Origin: Polyangiales bacterium
Lineage (GTDB): Bacteria > Myxococcota_A > Polyangia > Polyangiales > Polyangiaceae
Reading direction: 5' to 3'
Length of the DNA stretch: 64,000 nt
NCBI GenBank assembly: GCA_038230375.1
Contig: JBBRNJ010000019.1
Location: 1 to 64,000, forward strand
Part shown: positions 1-14,741 of the stretch, piece by piece
Layout: every line of letters starts with the position of its first letter
Position numbering within the stretch: the stretch's first letter is position 1
Made by a program: the position numbers and the translations under genes
Notes under the pieces: model-generated
Told to the model about the DNA's origin: nothing
Database searches by the model: none
Seen by the model: the letters and a program-made list of their open reading frames with translations, nothing else

Positions 1-2
1 CT

Positions 3-1970
3 CGTGACTCCGGCGTGTGCATCGTCGCCAAGCGCGACGGCATCGTCGAGTCCGTCGACGCGAGCCGCATCGTCGTCCGCGCAGAGGGCGACAAGGCGGA
101 GATCCCGGACATCTACTCGATGACCAAGTTCCAGCGCTCCAACCAGAGCACGTGCTTCAACCAGAAGCCCATCGTGCGAGCTGGCGAGCGCGTGAAGGTC
201 AACGACGTCCTCGCGGACGGACCGTCGTGCGACATGGGCGAGCTCGCGCTCGGCCAGAACGTCGTCGTCGCGTTCATGCCGTGGCAGGGTTACAACTTCG
301 AGGACTCGATCCTCGTCTCCGAGCGCATCGCCAAGGACGACGTCTTCACCTCGATTCACATCGAGGAGTTCGAGTGCGTCGCCCGCGACACGAAGCTCGG
401 CAAGGAAGAAGTCACCCGCGACATTCCGAACGTCGGCGAAGAGGCCCTGAAGGACCTCGACGAGAGCGGCATCGTCCGCATCGGCGCCGAGGTGAAGCCG
501 GGAGACATCCTGGTCGGCAAGATCACCCCCAAGGGCGAGACGCAGCTCTCTCCCGAAGAGAAGCTCCTCCGGGCGATCTTCGGCGAGAAGGCGGGCGACG
601 TTCGTGACAGCTCACTCCGCGTCCCCCCGGGCGTGGCGGGCATCGTCATCAACGCGCGCATCTTCAGCCGCAAGGGCACGGACAAGGACGAGCGCGCGCA
701 GTCGATCGAGGACGCGGAGAAGATCCGCCTCGAGCGCATGCGCGACGAGGAGATCAAGATCCTCCGCGACTCCTTCTTCCGTCAGATCAAGAAGCAGCTC
801 GTCAACACGAGCACGACGGGCAAGCTCGTCGACGACAAGGGCAAGGTCCTTCTCTCGAAGGGTCAGGTCATCGAAGACGCGCAGATGGACGAGATCCCGC
901 GCAAGTACTGGGGCGAGCTCCCGGTCGACGGCGCAGAGGAGCTTGCCGCGAAGCTTCGCGAGCTGGAAGACATCATCCAGGTCCGCGAGGAGCACTTCCG
1001 CGACAAGATCGATCGCCTCTCCAAGGGCGACGAGCTCCCGCCGGGCGTCATCAAGATGGTGAAGGTCTACATCGCCATCAAGCGCAAGCTTCAGGTCGGC
1101 GACAAGATGGCCGGTCGTCACGGAAACAAGGGCGTCATCTCCCGCATCATGGCGGAAGAGGACATGCCCTATCTCCAGGACGGTCGTCCGGTCGACATCG
1201 TGCTGAACCCGCTCGGCGTTCCGTCACGTATGAACGTCGGTCAGATCCTGGAGACGCACCTTGGTTGGGGTGCGCGCGTCCTGGGCTGGCAGCTCCAGTA
1301 CATGCTGGAGCAGAAGTTCGGCGCGCAGGCTCTCCGCGAGCACATCTTGAACGTCTACGCAGGCGACGCAGAGCTCCACAAGTGGCTCAGCAAGCTCTCC
1401 GACGACGAGGTCAAGAAGGTCGCGGCAAAGCTCCGTCATGGCGTGCACTACGCGAGCCCCGTGTTCGACGGCGCTCCGGAGTCTGCCATCAAGGACTCTC
1501 TCGCGATGGCCGGTCTGCCCATCAATGGTCAGTCCGTTCTTCTCGACGGTCGCACCGGTGAAGCCTTCGACCAGGACGTGACCGTTGGCGTCATGTACAT
1601 GCTGAAGCTCCACCACCTTGTCGACGACAAGATCCACGCGCGTTCGATCGGACCGTACTCGCTCGTCACGCAGCAGCCGCTGGGTGGCAAGGCGCAGTTC
1701 GGCGGTCAGCGTCTCGGAGAGATGGAAGTGTGGGCCATGGAAGCGTACGGCACTGCGTACGCGCTCCAGGAGTTCCTCACGGTCAAGAGCGATGACGTCA
1801 TGGGCCGTACACGTATGTACGAGGCCATCGTCAAGGGAGAGCACACGCTCGAGCCGGGTCTGCCGGAGAGCTTCAACGTGCTCATCAAGGAGCTTCAGGC
1901 CCTCTGCCTGAACGTCGAGCTCCTCGAGCCCAGCCAACTCCGCGTCGCCGACCAGGCGGCGGAGGAATAA
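3..1970 (+). CDS. rpoB: DNA-directed RNA polymerase subunit beta (5'-truncated by window edge)
   Basis: Motifs [58 protein letters not shown]; frame is open back to position 3. Confidence 0.99.
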   Translation, partial: RDSGVCIVAKRDGIVESVDASRIVVRAEGDKAEIPDIYSMTKFQRSNQSTCFNQKPIVRAGERVKVNDVLADGPSCDMGELALGQNVVVAFMPWQGYNFEDSILVSERIAKDDVFTSIHIEEFECVARDTKLGKEEVTRDIPNVGEEALKDLDESGIVRIGAEVKPGDILVGKITPKGETQLSPEEKLLRAIFGEKAGDVRDSSLRVPPGVAGIVINARIFSRKGTDKDERAQSIEDAEKIRLERMRDEEIKILRDSFFRQIKKQLVNTSTTGKLVDDKGKVLLSKGQVIEDAQMDEIPRKYWGELPVDGAEELAAKLRELEDIIQVREEHFRDKIDRLSKGDELPPGVIKMVKVYIAIKRKLQVGDKMAGRHGNKGVISRIMAEEDMPYLQDGRPVDIVLNPLGVPSRMNVGQILETHLGWGARVLGWQLQYMLEQKFGAQALREHILNVYAGDAELHKWLSKLSDDEVKKVAAKLRHGVHYASPVFDGAPESAIKDSLAMAGLPINGQSVLLDGRTGEAFDQDVTVGVMYMLKLHHLVDDKIHARSIGPYSLVTQQPLGGKAQFGGQRLGEMEVWAMEAYGTAYALQEFLTVKSDDVMGRTRMYEAIVKGEHTLEPGLPESFNVLIKELQALCLNVELLEPSQLRVADQAAEE

Positions 1971-1978
1971 GCAAAGTA

Positions 1979-2290
1979 ATGAATCGGGTGTCCACCAGCT
2001 TCATGGTGCTGCCGATCGTAGCCTTCGCGGGCTGCGTTCCAACGGCGCCGGAAGGGCAGCTTCGCACACGCGCCGCCTTCGATCTCAAGTGCTCCGAGGG
2101 TGATCTCTCGGTCGCGGATCTTGGCGGCGGCGTTGGCGACTCGCAACATGGTGCCACCCGAGGAGTCACTGGCTGCGGTCAGCGCGCCACCTACATCTAC
2201 GATGGCTACCGGCGCGCTTGGCTGATGAACAACATGGACACCCCGGCGGCTCCGATGCAGCAGACACAGTCTGCTCCGGCCGCCCACTGA
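1979..2290 (+). CDS. Small putative lipoprotein (103 aa) between rpoB and rpoC
   Basis: ATG 8 nt after the rpoB stop, GGAGG just upstream; hydrophobic N-terminus with lipobox-like FAGC; two more Cys (RAAFDLKC, GVTGCGQRATY). Confidence 0.75.
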   Translation: MNRVSTSFMVLPIVAFAGCVPTAPEGQLRTRAAFDLKCSEGDLSVADLGGGVGDSQHGATRGVTGCGQRATYIYDGYRRAWLMNNMDTPAAPMQQTQSAPAAH

Positions 2291-2322
2291 AGACTCTCTC
2301 TCTGAATTAGGAAGGACTCCCT

Positions 2323-6579
<4,257 letters not shown>

Positions 6580-6639
6580 CCAGACCCTGAGCGGAGCATG
6601 TGCACGCGCAAGCGCGCACTGCCCAGCCCAGTACATGGA

Positions 6640-6683
6640 GAGGCGCGACGCTCTGAAGGGAGTGTTCGCGCCTTCTTCTTTTG
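6640..6683 (+). terminator. Probable intrinsic terminator after rpoC
   Basis: GAGGCGCGA-CGCTC...GAGTG-TTCGCGCCTT stem followed by CTTCTTTT. Confidence 0.7.
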
Positions 6684-6812
6684 TTCACACGTCGCGCACA
6701 TCGAACCGCGTTCAACGTGCGCCTCCCACTGCCCAGCTGTGACAACCTTGTCGCTCATCGAAAGTCCGCTTTGCAGGAGGGCAAGTTTGAGCTTCTATAA
6801 CTGTCCAGGGGA

Positions 6813-8510
6813 ATGCAGAGCGCCGCGCCCGAGAACGAGACTGAGCGCCTGCGGGCCGTCCGGTCGTTGCGTGTGTCACTGGGTGACCGCCTCGAGCGTG
6901 TGCCCGGTCTCGAGGCGATTGTTCGCGCCACGGCCCATTCGTGCGGTGCGCAGCTAGCCGCCGCTGTGGTGGTCGAAGAGACCGAGCTGTTGCTGCTTGC
7001 AGCTCACGGCCTGGACGCCACGCGCCTTCCACGCGCCGGCTCGGTTTGCGCGCACGCGATGTCGGCGAGCGACGTCTTCGAAGTGCCCGACGCTCGAGCG
7101 GATCCACGCTTTGCTGATGCAACGCTCGTCACCCAGGCGCCACACGTTCGCTTCTACGCGGCAGCTCCACTCGTCGACCGCCGCGGCATTTCGCTGGGGG
7201 CGCTCTGCGTGTTCGACCCATCGCCGTCCGCGTTGACGGAGGACCAGCGCGCGCAGCTTCGCACGCTCGCGGCCGCGGTCGTCGACATCCTGGAGGCACG
7301 CGCAGGTGAGCCCACGCGCGAGCACCTTGCCCGTCAAGATCGTCTTGTCACCGCCGGCACGCTGGCCGCGGGTGTCGGACACGAGATCAATAATCCGCTC
7401 TCCTTCGTGGCGACCAACCTCGACTACGCCATCGACGAGCTCCGCACCATCGCCACCACGCACCCCTCGCTGTCGTCAACGCTGGACGAGGTGGTCACCG
7501 CGATCTCGGAGGCCAAGGACGGTGCGAACCGGATTCGCAAGATCGTCCGCGGGCTCCAGTCCTTCGCGCACCAGGACACGCCCACGGCGCCGACCAGCGT
7601 GCAGAGCGCGCTCGATGCAGCCACGGAGCTGGCACTCCATGAGCTCCGCCATGCGGCGACGCTGGATGTATTTGTGGAGTTCGTTCCTCCTGTCCTCGCG
7701 GACGAGGCTGGCCTCACCCACGTCGTCGTCAATCTGCTGGTCAACGCGGCGCAGGCGTTCGAGAGGCAGGACGCGAGCGTCAACAAGGTGGAGCTCCGCG
7801 CGTTCCGGCGCAACGACACAGAGGTGGCCATCTGCGTGAGCGACAACGGACCTGGCATCACGGCGGACGTGTTGCCACGCATCTTCGACCCGTTCTTCAC
7901 GACCAAGCCCGTGGGCCACGGTAGCGGACTTGGTCTGTCGCTCTGCCATACCATCGTGTCGTCGCTCGGAGGAGAGCTCAGCTGCGAGACCGAGCTGGGT
8001 CGCGGCACCAAATTCACCGTGATTCTCCCCGTGGCAAACGTCGCGCTGCGCGCATCGGAGCTGCCCAGCTCTGGCACCACACCGGTCGCGCGTGGCCGGA
8101 TCCTCCTCATCGACGACGAGGAGGGGCTCCTGCGAGCGATGACTCGCCTGCTCCGTCAGGACCATGAGGTAGTTGCGATCGCGGATCCGCGGACCGCGCT
8201 GAGCATGCTCGTCGAATGCGACGCCGCGTTCGACCTTGTCTTCTGCGATCTGATGATGCCGCACCTGACAGGAATGGAACTATTCCGCACGGTCGAGAGG
8301 CTGCGGCCGGACATCTGCAGGCGCTTCGTCTTCATGACGGCCGGCGCCATCTCCGACGACGCCAGCACCTTCCTCGCTACCTCACGCAATCCGCGCGTGG
8401 ACAAGCCGTTCTCCAGCGAGGCACTGCGATCGCTCGCGCAGAAGCTGGTCCAGAAGTTTGGCGGGCAGGAGTCCGCAGTCTCCGCTCGTTCCAGCGCCGG
8501 GACGGACTGA
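6813..8510 (+). CDS. Hybrid sensor histidine kinase (GAF-HisKA-HATPase-REC)
   Basis: GAF (DARADPRFAD, VRFYAAAPL), H-box GVGHEINNPL, N box NLLVNA, DNGPG, FFTTK, GSGLGL, receiver LIDDE...CDLMMP...KP. Confidence 0.93.
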   Translation: MQSAAPENETERLRAVRSLRVSLGDRLERVPGLEAIVRATAHSCGAQLAAAVVVEETELLLLAAHGLDATRLPRAGSVCAHAMSASDVFEVPDARADPRFADATLVTQAPHVRFYAAAPLVDRRGISLGALCVFDPSPSALTEDQRAQLRTLAAAVVDILEARAGEPTREHLARQDRLVTAGTLAAGVGHEINNPLSFVATNLDYAIDELRTIATTHPSLSSTLDEVVTAISEAKDGANRIRKIVRGLQSFAHQDTPTAPTSVQSALDAATELALHELRHAATLDVFVEFVPPVLADEAGLTHVVVNLLVNAAQAFERQDASVNKVELRAFRRNDTEVAICVSDNGPGITADVLPRIFDPFFTTKPVGHGSGLGLSLCHTIVSSLGGELSCETELGRGTKFTVILPVANVALRASELPSSGTTPVARGRILLIDDEEGLLRAMTRLLRQDHEVVAIADPRTALSMLVECDAAFDLVFCDLMMPHLTGMELFRTVERLRPDICRRFVFMTAGAISDDASTFLATSRNPRVDKPFSSEALRSLAQKLVQKFGGQESAVSARSSAGTD

Positions 8511-8511
8511 C

Positions 8512-8997
8512 GTGCATCCGGGGGAGCTCCGGACGGACGAAGAGATCTTCGCGCTACTCGCGGGTGCAAAGCGCATTGCCGTCCTGGGAATCAAGACCGA
8601 AGCACAGGCGGACCAGCCTGCGTACTACGTGCCGAAATACATGGCCGATGCTGGCTACGACATCGTCCCGGTACCGGTCTACTATCCCGACGTGACCACG
8701 ATCCTGGGGCGACCGGTATGCAGACGCGTGGTGGACGTGGCCCCGCCCATCGACATCGTGAACGTGTTCCGTCGGTCTTCGGACGTCGCGGCGCACACCG
8801 CGGATATCCTTGCCGCGCGCCCGCGTGCAGTGTGGCTCCAGCAGGGCATCCGCGACGACGCCGTGGCGGACGTCCTTGTGAAGGCCGGTATCCAGATAGT
8901 GCAGGATGCATGCATCCTGGTGATGCACCGCCGCTTCCGTGCGCTGCACCTCGCTGACATCCAACCTCCCGCTGCTCCTCCTGGGAACGCGCCGTGA
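8512..8997 (+). CDS. CoA-binding protein (YccU-like)
   Basis: KRIAVLG, DIVNVFRRS, AVWLQQGI, VQDACI motifs; GTG start chosen just after the kinase stop. Confidence 0.88.
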   Translation: MHPGELRTDEEIFALLAGAKRIAVLGIKTEAQADQPAYYVPKYMADAGYDIVPVPVYYPDVTTILGRPVCRRVVDVAPPIDIVNVFRRSSDVAAHTADILAARPRAVWLQQGIRDDAVADVLVKAGIQIVQDACILVMHRRFRALHLADIQPPAAPPGNAP

Positions 8998-11543
8998 CGC
9001 GCACCCTCGCGGATGACGTGGCCACGCTGGGCAGGTGCCTGGGCACGGTGATCCGCGAGCAGGAAGGTGAGCGCTTCTTCGCACTGCTGGAGCGCGTGCG
9101 CACGCGCACCAAGGATCTCCGCGAGAAGAACCATGACGGCGCCGGCATGCAGGCGGAGCTGGCAGTGACCGACCTCACCGACGCGGGGCTCCTGGTCCGC
9201 GCGTTCTCGATCTACTTCCAGCTCATCAACCTGGCCGAGGAGCATGATCGTGTGCGCAAGCTGGGCCGGCGCGAGGGCGTGCGCCCGGAGAGCCTGGAGG
9301 CCGCGTTGCTTGCGCTGCGCGACGCCGGCATGGACGCAGAATCAGTACGCGCCATGCTGCGTCGCACGGACCTTGGCCTGACGTTCACCGCGCACCCCAC
9401 GGAGATGCGGCGGCGCACCGTGCGCGCGCACACGGAGCGCGTGTCGGAGCTGCTCTACAACCTGGACGTGAACGCGCCAGGCGCGCTTGCCCGCATCACG
9501 GCGCATGTGGAGGCGCTCTGGGCCACGCCACAGCTGCGTGCGCGCCGTCCGGAGGTGAAGGACGAAGTGAAGGCGGGGCTTGCGTACGTGGATGTCATCG
9601 CGGGCGTCCTTCCCGAGCTCGATTTCGACCTCCGGGATGCGTTCATGCACGTCTTCGCGGAGGCGCTGGGCGACGTGAGCGTGCCGGTGTCTTTCCACTC
9701 GTGGGTCGGCGGTGACCGCGACGGCAATCCGAACGTCACGCCGGAGGTCACGGCGCAGACGTTCGAGATGCACGCGGAGCGCGCGCGCCGCGGCCTGCTT
9801 TCATCGCTCGAGCTGGCATATGCGTGGCTCAGTCACGCGCGCGAGCTGCCGCACTCCATCGGCGCCAGCAGGGGCGCGGACGCGGGCCTGCCACGAGAGC
9901 CCGCGCGCAAGGTGCTGGCCGAGCTGCGCGCGAAGATCTCCCGCGGTGAGCCGTCAGACCCAGACGCCCTCGTGCGCGAGCTCAAGGAGCAGCTGGACGG
10001 CTCCGGCTTCGCTCGCAGCGCGACGGAGCTGCTGCGCCCGTTTCGCGTGCGAGCGCATTCGTTCGGCCTTCATCTTGTCTCGCTCGACGTGCGTGAGCAC
10101 TCCGAGATCGTCGGCAAGGCCGTCGCCGAGCTGCTCGCGTACGCGGGCATTGCTGGCTACACCAAGAAGAGCGAGCCCGAGAAGGCGGCACTGCTGTCGG
10201 CGGAGCTTGCTTCGCAACGGGCTCTCATTCCTGTGGCTGTGCGCGAGAGTCAGAGCGCGCTCGTGCAGTGCGTGCTGGGTCCCGTGGTCGCCGCGCGCCA
10301 CGCGATGAAGTTGAACGGTGCGCGCGCATTCGGTCGCTACATCGTCTCGATGAGCGAGCAGCCGAGCGACCTCCTCGAAGTACTGGTGCTCGCGCGCGAG
10401 GCAGGCGTCCAGCTGGCGCCGGTGCCGCTATTCGAGACGCTCGCGGATCTCGAGCGTGCGCCCGACGTGATGCGCAGGGTGCTTGCGCTGCCGGTCTATC
10501 GCGCCGCGCTGGGTGACTCCGTGCAGGAGATCATGATCGGCTACTCCGACTCCAACAAGGATGCCGGATTCCTTGCCGCGAACGTCGCGCTCTACGAGGC
10601 GCAGGCCGAGATAGGCGCGGCCTGCGCAGAGGCTGGAGTGCGCTACCGCTTCTTCCACGGGCGCGGCACCAGCATAGGTCGCGGTGGTGGTCCCATGGCG
10701 CGCGGCCTGCTGGGTCAGCCGCCGCAGACCATGGATGATGGGCTCCGCATCACGGAGCAAGGCGAGGCGATGGGCAACAAGTACAGCCACCCCGCGCTGG
10801 CACATCGCAACCTGGAGCAGGGTCTCTACGGCTTGCTCGTGGCGGCCGCAAAGCCAAAGTCCGACCTCCCTGCCGACATGCGCACGGCCATGCGGAAGGC
10901 GGCGGAGACCAGCGTGGCGGAGTACAGAGCGCTGGTCACAGATGCTTCGTTCCTGCGCTTCTTCGAGGACGTGACGCCCATCAACGAGATCGCGCGACTG
11001 CAGATCGCATCGCGTCCAGTGCGAAGACCCGGCCCGCCGAACCTGAGCTCGCTACGCGCGATTCCATGGGTCATGGCGTGGACGCAGTGTCGCGCGAACG
11101 TGCCCGGGTGGTACGGCCTTGGTGCGGGGCTCGGCACCGTGGACCATGCGCTGCTACGGGACATGTACGCGCGCTGGCCGTTCTTCCGGTCCATGGTCGA
11201 CAACGCGCAGATGAGCCTGGCGAAGACGGAGATGGGGATCTTCCGCGCGTACCGGTCGCTGACAGCGGAGCACGCGCTCGGTGATCGCATCGTCTTGGCG
11301 TTTCAGTCCGCAGTCGACATCCTGCGCGTCACCACCGGCGGCGAGTTGCTCCACGAGGAGCCAGTGCTCGCGCGCTCGATCAAGCTGCGGAACCCGTACA
11401 TCGAGCCCATTCACCGGCTGCAAGTGGAGCTGATTCGCCGGGCCCGCAAGCTACCACCCGATGATCCGCTACCGCCGGAGCTCGAGCGGCCACTGCTGCT
11501 CTCGCTCCACGGCATCTCCGCCGGGATGCGGAATACGGGTTAG
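8994..11543 (+). CDS. ppc: Phosphoenolpyruvate carboxylase
   Basis: FTAHPTE, GGDRDGNP, MIGYSDSNKDAG, FFHGRG, LRAIPW, C-terminal GMRNTG. Confidence 0.97.
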   Translation: MTRTLADDVATLGRCLGTVIREQEGERFFALLERVRTRTKDLREKNHDGAGMQAELAVTDLTDAGLLVRAFSIYFQLINLAEEHDRVRKLGRREGVRPESLEAALLALRDAGMDAESVRAMLRRTDLGLTFTAHPTEMRRRTVRAHTERVSELLYNLDVNAPGALARITAHVEALWATPQLRARRPEVKDEVKAGLAYVDVIAGVLPELDFDLRDAFMHVFAEALGDVSVPVSFHSWVGGDRDGNPNVTPEVTAQTFEMHAERARRGLLSSLELAYAWLSHARELPHSIGASRGADAGLPREPARKVLAELRAKISRGEPSDPDALVRELKEQLDGSGFARSATELLRPFRVRAHSFGLHLVSLDVREHSEIVGKAVAELLAYAGIAGYTKKSEPEKAALLSAELASQRALIPVAVRESQSALVQCVLGPVVAARHAMKLNGARAFGRYIVSMSEQPSDLLEVLVLAREAGVQLAPVPLFETLADLERAPDVMRRVLALPVYRAALGDSVQEIMIGYSDSNKDAGFLAANVALYEAQAEIGAACAEAGVRYRFFHGRGTSIGRGGGPMARGLLGQPPQTMDDGLRITEQGEAMGNKYSHPALAHRNLEQGLYGLLVAAAKPKSDLPADMRTAMRKAAETSVAEYRALVTDASFLRFFEDVTPINEIARLQIASRPVRRPGPPNLSSLRAIPWVMAWTQCRANVPGWYGLGAGLGTVDHALLRDMYARWPFFRSMVDNAQMSLAKTEMGIFRAYRSLTAEHALGDRIVLAFQSAVDILRVTTGGELLHEEPVLARSIKLRNPYIEPIHRLQVELIRRARKLPPDDPLPPELERPLLLSLHGISAGMRNTG

Positions 11544-12905
11544 TCAGTTGCAGACGATCATGGTGCCGGGGCCGTTGGGGCCCGCGCACTTCATTCCACC
11601 GGGGCACTGCTCGCCGCCAGAGATGGCGCCGCCCGTGCATTCGAACGCAGAGAAGTCGACGAGCTGGCTGCAGTAGAGGCCGTCAGCCCTGCCCACGCAG
11701 GAGTCCTTCTGCGGCGGCGGCGCGCCAGCGTCTTCCTTCGGCTTCGGCATCACCTTGTCCTTCACGGTCTTCACGATCTTGTCGATCGGCGGCGGTGCGC
11801 TGCACGCCTTGTTCGCGAGGTCAGCGACGGGCTTCGGAACGGCGTTCTGTGCGGCCTGCTTGGGGCACATCTGCTCGATGCTGAGGCCCGACTTCTTCTG
11901 GAAGTCGAGCGCGATCACCTGCGCCGCCGCCGCAACGCCCATGGGCGCGGGCGCGTTCCAGAGCAGCGCGAGCGCCATGTCCTTGGGCGAGTCGTACTGG
12001 ATGAACGTCTTGCCGGTGCTCGGATCCTTCTTCAGGTGCTGGTGGATGAAGAAGCCGTTCTGGCTCAGCGCCTTGGTGCCGGTGTCCCATGCAGTCCAGT
12101 CCGCCGCGAAGACGCTCGCGTCAACCGGTGTGGGAATCACGTCGTAGCCAACGCTGATGCTGACCGCGCCGCCGTACACCGAAAGGTCGGGACTCACGAA
12201 GCCGGTCGCGCCCGCGGAGAGGAGCTTCGCAGGCAGACCCACGGACACGGAGGCGCTGCAGAAGCGGCCCGACCACGCGTCGATGACGCCGTCCTTCTTG
12301 CCGAAGCCGTAGCCCGCATACGCGCCGGCCTCGCCGCCGACGAGGCTGGCAACGCCGTAGCCTTTGTAGCCGAACGTCGCGGCCTGGAGGTTCGTCATGT
12401 CCCAGACCATGTCCACGCCGCCCTGCACCTGACCCACCGCGCCGGCCTGAACATAGCCGCCGTAGTAGAAGTACGGATTGTTGAGCGACGAGAACGGACC
12501 GATGACGTCGCAGATGTTGTTACCGATCTGCGCGAAGATCTTCTTCACCTGCGCGACCTTCTCGCGCGCGATCCTGATCGCGTCGCCCAGGCCCTGGATG
12601 GTGGGGTCCGTGATCACGACATCCGGAATGCCCTGCGCGGCGTTCCCGGGGAGCACGCAGGTGCCCGTGCTGGCGAGCTGGTCGACGCACGTCTCGTACT
12701 GCTGCTCGACATCGGTCAAGCTTGCCTGCAGCTGGTTGCCTGCAGTGTCGCGCCTGGCGACGATCGCGGGATCCTCCGCCGACGACTGTGACCCATCCGA
12801 GCTGCAGCCGGCCATGCCTGCAGTACAGGCGACGGCACCCAGGCTGACGACGATGGAGAGCGACCGAAGCTGCGACGGAAGTGCACGCGGAAGCTTCTTC
12901 GCCAT
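11544..12905 (-). CDS. Hypothetical lipoprotein with Gly-rich core and Cys-rich C-terminal module
   Basis: 453-aa ORF, strong GC3 bias, lipobox-like MAGC, C-terminal C-x4-DGLYC...C...C...C...C. Confidence 0.75.
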   Translation of the reverse strand: MAKKLPRALPSQLRSLSIVVSLGAVACTAGMAGCSSDGSQSSAEDPAIVARRDTAGNQLQASLTDVEQQYETCVDQLASTGTCVLPGNAAQGIPDVVITDPTIQGLGDAIRIAREKVAQVKKIFAQIGNNICDVIGPFSSLNNPYFYYGGYVQAGAVGQVQGGVDMVWDMTNLQAATFGYKGYGVASLVGGEAGAYAGYGFGKKDGVIDAWSGRFCSASVSVGLPAKLLSAGATGFVSPDLSVYGGAVSISVGYDVIPTPVDASVFAADWTAWDTGTKALSQNGFFIHQHLKKDPSTGKTFIQYDSPKDMALALLWNAPAPMGVAAAAQVIALDFQKKSGLSIEQMCPKQAAQNAVPKPVADLANKACSAPPPIDKIVKTVKDKVMPKPKEDAGAPPPQKDSCVGRADGLYCSQLVDFSAFECTGGAISGGEQCPGGMKCAGPNGPGTMIVCN

Positions 12906-12977
12906 GCATCAGCCTACGACATCGTCACCGGTTGGCTTCCCCCGGCTGTCTCCAGGAGGTGACTTTTGTGGGATACG

Positions 12978-13349
12978 TCACCCGGATCCGTGGGACACCA
13001 CCACCACAATCAGCGCCAGAAGCGCTGGAACCGCCTGGACGAAGAGGATCTTCCGCGAGGCGGTGGCCGCGCCGTAGACCCCGGCGATGAGCACGCAGCC
13101 AAGGAAGAACAGACGTAGAGCATGGGCCATGCCGGGCTCGGCGATGAACGACCAGACCAGTCCGGCCGCCAGGAACCCATTGTAGAGGCCCTGATTCTTG
13201 GCGAGCGACGCGGTCTGTTCCTGCTCCTTCGCGGAGCGCCCGAACGTCTTCTGGCCGAATGGAGTGGTCCACAAGAACATCTCCAGGATCATGAAGTAGA
13301 CGTGCAGGAGAGCGACGAGACCGACCAGGCCAAGGGCGACCATGTGCAT
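12978..13349 (-). CDS. DUF1304 family membrane protein
   Basis: LHVYFMILEMFLW, NQGLYNGFLAAGL, ILFVQAVPA motifs; start moved to MHMVAL. Confidence 0.88.
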   Translation of the reverse strand: MHMVALGLVGLVALLHVYFMILEMFLWTTPFGQKTFGRSAKEQEQTASLAKNQGLYNGFLAAGLVWSFIAEPGMAHALRLFFLGCVLIAGVYGAATASRKILFVQAVPALLALIVVVVSHGSG

Positions 13350-13439
13350 GTGCCGGAGCGTCCCACGGAAGGTTACCGCGGACAATCGATGTCTTTGCTC
13401 GCCGCTTTCGAAAGCTGCTATCCCGTCTGCATTCGCACC

Positions 13440-14174
13440 GTGCGTACTGCCAGAGGCTCCCACCCGCGCCGTTCGCTGCTGCTCGCGCTGTCCGTGGTGG
13501 GCGCGCTCCACGGGTGTAGTTCGAGGAGCTCACCCGTCGATGCCGGCGCGGATGCATCGGCTGTGCGCGACGCGAGCGCGAACGCTGTCGCGGTCGACGC
13601 AGCCATCGATGATGCAGGTCGCGACGGAGCCACGGAGGAGACCGACGCGGGGGACGCAGCGCCTCCATTCGCGGGTCACAAGAAGGTGCTGCATGTCGGT
13701 GACTCCACCGTCGGATATTCGAGCGGGCTGCAGCTCGAGTTCAAGAAGATGTTCCCGGAAGCTGGAGTCGCGTACGTCAGTCACACGATGACCTCGGCGG
13801 GTCTGCACACGGTCGCGGAGGAGCACATCGTCGAGAAGCTCGTGAAGCGTCACGCGCCAGACCTTGTCATCGTGCAGCTCGGAACGAACAACCTCACCGT
13901 GCCCCACCCCGAAGTCTACATCCCCGACATCAAGAGCATCCTCGCGCAGATCGGCCATCGTCCCTGCTACTGGATCGGGCCGATTTCCCTGAAGGTCCCC
14001 GAGCGCGGCATGCGCGGCGTCCTGCGAGACAACGTCGCCCCGTGCATCTTCTACGACTCGTACGACCTGACGCTGGAGCGCCAACCAGACGGACTCCACC
14101 CCTCGCAGAAGGCCGCCATCATGTGGTCCGCGCTGTTCTTCGAGTTCGCCAAGGAGCACCCGGCGAGGGAGTAG
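13440..14174 (+). CDS. SGNH/GDSL hydrolase family lipoprotein
   Basis: GDST block I, QLGTNN block III, DGLHP block V; lipobox-like LHGC; start uncertain (13389 or 13440). Confidence 0.8.
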   Translation: MRTARGSHPRRSLLLALSVVGALHGCSSRSSPVDAGADASAVRDASANAVAVDAAIDDAGRDGATEETDAGDAAPPFAGHKKVLHVGDSTVGYSSGLQLEFKKMFPEAGVAYVSHTMTSAGLHTVAEEHIVEKLVKRHAPDLVIVQLGTNNLTVPHPEVYIPDIKSILAQIGHRPCYWIGPISLKVPERGMRGVLRDNVAPCIFYDSYDLTLERQPDGLHPSQKAAIMWSALFFEFAKEHPARE

Positions 14175-14193
14175 CGTCGAAGTCGAAGTCGCT

Positions 14194-14724
14194 CTACGTC
14201 ACGACTCCCCCCGCGTACTTCCTCCGTCCCCACTCCCCCATCACCATCCCGCACGCGATCGCCACGGGAAACGAGTGATTCACCCCGTACATCGGAATGC
14301 CCACCACCTGCGTCGCCCTCGCGACCACGCTCTTCGGCAATCCGTGCCGCTCGCTCCCGAACGCCAGCACCACGTCCTCCGGAAACGGAAGCGCACCATA
14401 CAAACTCGTCGTCGCGTGGTCCTTCTCCACCGCCCACAGCGGTCTCCTCCCGATGCGCGCAAACAGCTCTTCCTCTCCCGCAACGCGCACGATGTCCTCG
14501 TACTTCTCCATCCCCATCGACGCCTTCTCGTAGTGAGGCTCGTCGCCCACGAGCACGATATCCCTCACCAGAAAGCTATGCGCCACGCGTACGCACGCGC
14601 CGATCGCGAACGCGTTTCCAAATGTGTATAATACAAGTGTCACGCCGCTCCGCAGCGGGGAGAGCAGCGCGCGCACTTCTTCGGGCGTCGCGTCGATGGG
14701 GGTCGTATGGGCCACCTCCGCCAT
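14194..14724 (-). CDS. SpoU/TrmH family RNA methyltransferase
   Basis: SPOUT motifs GNAFAIGACVR, LAFGSERHGLP, IPMYGVNHSFPVA. Confidence 0.88.
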   Translation of the reverse strand: MAEVAHTTPIDATPEEVRALLSPLRSGVTLVLYTFGNAFAIGACVRVAHSFLVRDIVLVGDEPHYEKASMGMEKYEDIVRVAGEEELFARIGRRPLWAVEKDHATTSLYGALPFPEDVVLAFGSERHGLPKSVVARATQVVGIPMYGVNHSFPVAIACGMVMGEWGRRKYAGGVVT

Positions 14725-14741
14725 GCTAATACACAGATGCG

